From: Octopus bimaculoides
Lineage: Eukaryota
Direction of reading: 5' to 3'
NCBI RefSeq assembly: GCF_001194135.2
Contig: NC_068987.1
Location: forward strand, 48,493,410 to 48,557,409
Length of the DNA: 64,000 bases
Shown: one piece after another, positions 61,832 through 64,000 of the stretch
Position numbering within the stretch: position 1 is the stretch's first letter
Layout: every line of letters begins with the position of its first letter
Notes under the pieces: generated by a model
Told to the model about the DNA's origin: nothing
Databases searched by the model: none
Seen by the model: the letters and a program-made list of their open reading frames with translations, nothing else
Translations under genes and position numbers: made by a program

Positions 61832-64000
61832 GGTAATAGTAGAGGAATGGGTTATTACATCTATAAGAGGAGAGTTGCAGTAAGAAGTGAGAGCGATGTG
61901 CTGGAAAAAGAACAAAGAAGAAACAGTACTTGGAGTGTAGCTTCATTCCAGTAGTAAACATCCATGTAAAAAATCCTTTTGGGTATTTTCTGGAGATAAT
62001 TGTAGTAGCAAAGGTAGATATATATCATATCATGTCCGGAGTACTCTGTGCATTGTTTACTCAAAGGATAGCCCAAATCAAGTGAGAGATGTGTGTAGGT
62101 TAAGAGGTCAAGCCTTAAGACAGGAAGGAAAGGGGGAAGAAGCAATTTAAGTGAGGAATAGTAGTAAGCAGTTGTATGGTCAGTTATTCTGACAGGACTA
62201 GAAGTAGAGGGAGCAAAAGGAAGAATGTGGGGGTGGAGGCAAGGTATAGTAAGGAAGAAGGAATGTGAGGAGGTAATGTGGAGAGGTATTTATATTGAGT
62301 ATAGCGTCAGGCTATGAATCTGTATGCTGTGAGGATGTAGGTGGCATTCTATAAACAGTATTAAAGGAAATAAGAGAATAGAATTAGTAGTGAAATGTTC
62401 TAAAAATAAAGTTAAACCTATTTTCAAGATGGTAGAAGGGGGACCAGATGTTACCCAGAGTTGAGTGGGGTTATCAATAGGGAGCCTGCAAGTGGTGGTT
62501 GTGTTGGTGGTAAAGGAAAGTATAAAGGAAGTAAATTAAGAAGAAAGATTTAGTAGTGATAAGATCTAAAAAAGAAAAAAAAGAAATAAATCTATTCTAA
62601 AGAAGGTAGAAGGGGGACCAGTATGCTAAGTCGAATAGGTTACCTATAGGGAGTTGTGTGATTATGTTGTGTGGTCATTTGTGCATTTGTGTCTGTGGTA
62701 GAATTTGAATGTATGGAAAAAAACGGTGATTGCAGGTGCTAAGTGCTTCGTTATATCGATTAAGTAGAGCGGGAGAATTGTATTTTAAAATATGGAACGC
62801 CTCCTTTAAGCAAAGCTTGCAATTAGAGTGCTGGCCCTGGTATGGAATTCCAGAGTCCAGGATGGACGATTTTAAAGTATACTGGGTATTTGTGTTTTTT
62901 GAGGTGGTGAATGTGGTTGGCTAGTGTTGTAAATTTACTGTGTTTGTCATATCTAAAAGAGTGCAAATGGGCTGCATAGCGTTGCTTGAAGTTTTTAGTT
63001 GAACCTATGTATGCAACTGTAGAGTTATGTAGCAGATTGGTTACAGTGCATTTATATATTACGTTATATCTTACGCAATGCGTTTGTAGCTGGCAGATTG
63101 TCCCGGAGCGACAGTTACAAGTAGATGAGACTTGGGGGTTGTGTTCTGTGGTAGATAAGGCATCATTTGTTGGAGGATATGTTATGTGAGGATGTAGAAG
63201 AATCTAGATCAATGGAATTATTGTTATAGTTATTATTCCCTCTATTGTTATTATTATAGGATATGGTAGTATTATTATCGGGTATATTAGTGGGCTGGGA
63301 TCTACTGTGGTCGTGTTCAAGTGTACGAGTGTCAGTGTTAGATGCACGTATATGAATGTCTATGTTGGGTATATGCATGCGTTGAGTGCTAGCATTAGCA
63401 TAGTTATAGTTGTGTGAGTTTTGATAATAGAGTGAAAGTTTATGTTTATTAGAAGTTGCTATAATAGATTCGAAGTTAGGAGTGGTTAAATAATACAATT
63501 TGAAAGTGGATCTGTTAAATATAGAATGGTATTTATGTTGTCAGGGGAAGTTAGAGTCAAGTATTTTGAAGAAAGATTTAGCTAAGTTCCTAGTGTTAAG
63601 TGAGAATGGTGGGGTGTACCATAGTATAGAATGGCCACCGCTTTTTTGGGGGGTTCTCTGTACGTTGTAATCTAAGTATTTAGGTGGAGAATAGTTGTCC
63701 ACATTTTTGGTGTTGCTAATTGCTTTATATATCTTAGATTTAGCCCTAGTGTTATAAGTTTTTCTGGTTTAAATAAATTATAAATTTCAGTATGATCGGG
63801 TATTATAAAATAATATTAGGTTTAAAGGACAGGTTATATTAACTGTATGATTTATTATTACTAATAATCTAATTGTGTATTTGTATTTATTTACTAAAGT
63901 TTCTAGAGATAATATAATATAGATTTCCATTAGTTTAGAATTTATTACCAGTGTTCAATAATTTGTATTACTTGATTGTTTATAATTAATAATATTATTA
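61783..64000 (-). mobile_element. Penelope-like element 3' half: RT C-terminus/linker, GIY-YIG endonuclease (~62690-63140), 3' region ending in a hammerhead
   Basis: Manual translation: TCNCRSGTIC...VIYKCTV...AYIGSTKNFKQRY..H..SF, then CKLCLKE...LLNRYNE..S.CNH; upstream HSIFNRSTFKLYYLTTPNF. Confidence 0.9.

Overview
AT-rich, repeat-dense eukaryotic draft-assembly window with four N gaps. The repeat families and microsatellites look like an octopod cephalopod genome (inference). One host gene is fully reconstructable on the minus strand: an MPPE1/Cdc1/Ted1-family metallophosphoesterase with 8 coding exons (2869-29943), 380 aa, GT-AG introns with matching phases, and a likely promoter and non-coding exon near 35.3 kb. 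The rest is mostly transposon debris: a decayed Ty3/gypsy element with two LTRs inside one intron, solo LTR-like elements, RTE, CR1 and R4/Dong LINE fragments, three tRNA-derived SINE families, Tc1/mariner remnants, TTAA MITEs, Helentron-like elements and Penelope-like elements (RT and GIY-YIG). The most unusual signal is RNA-structural: seven minimal type I hammerhead-ribozyme-like motifs from about five unrelated sequence families. Two non-coding palindromic elements carry one hammerhead in each arm pointing outward. One of them (54.0-54.5 kb) also has back-to-back tRNA-like Pol III promoters at its centre. Most ORFs in the supplied track are spurious (microsatellites, N gaps, TE antisense frames).
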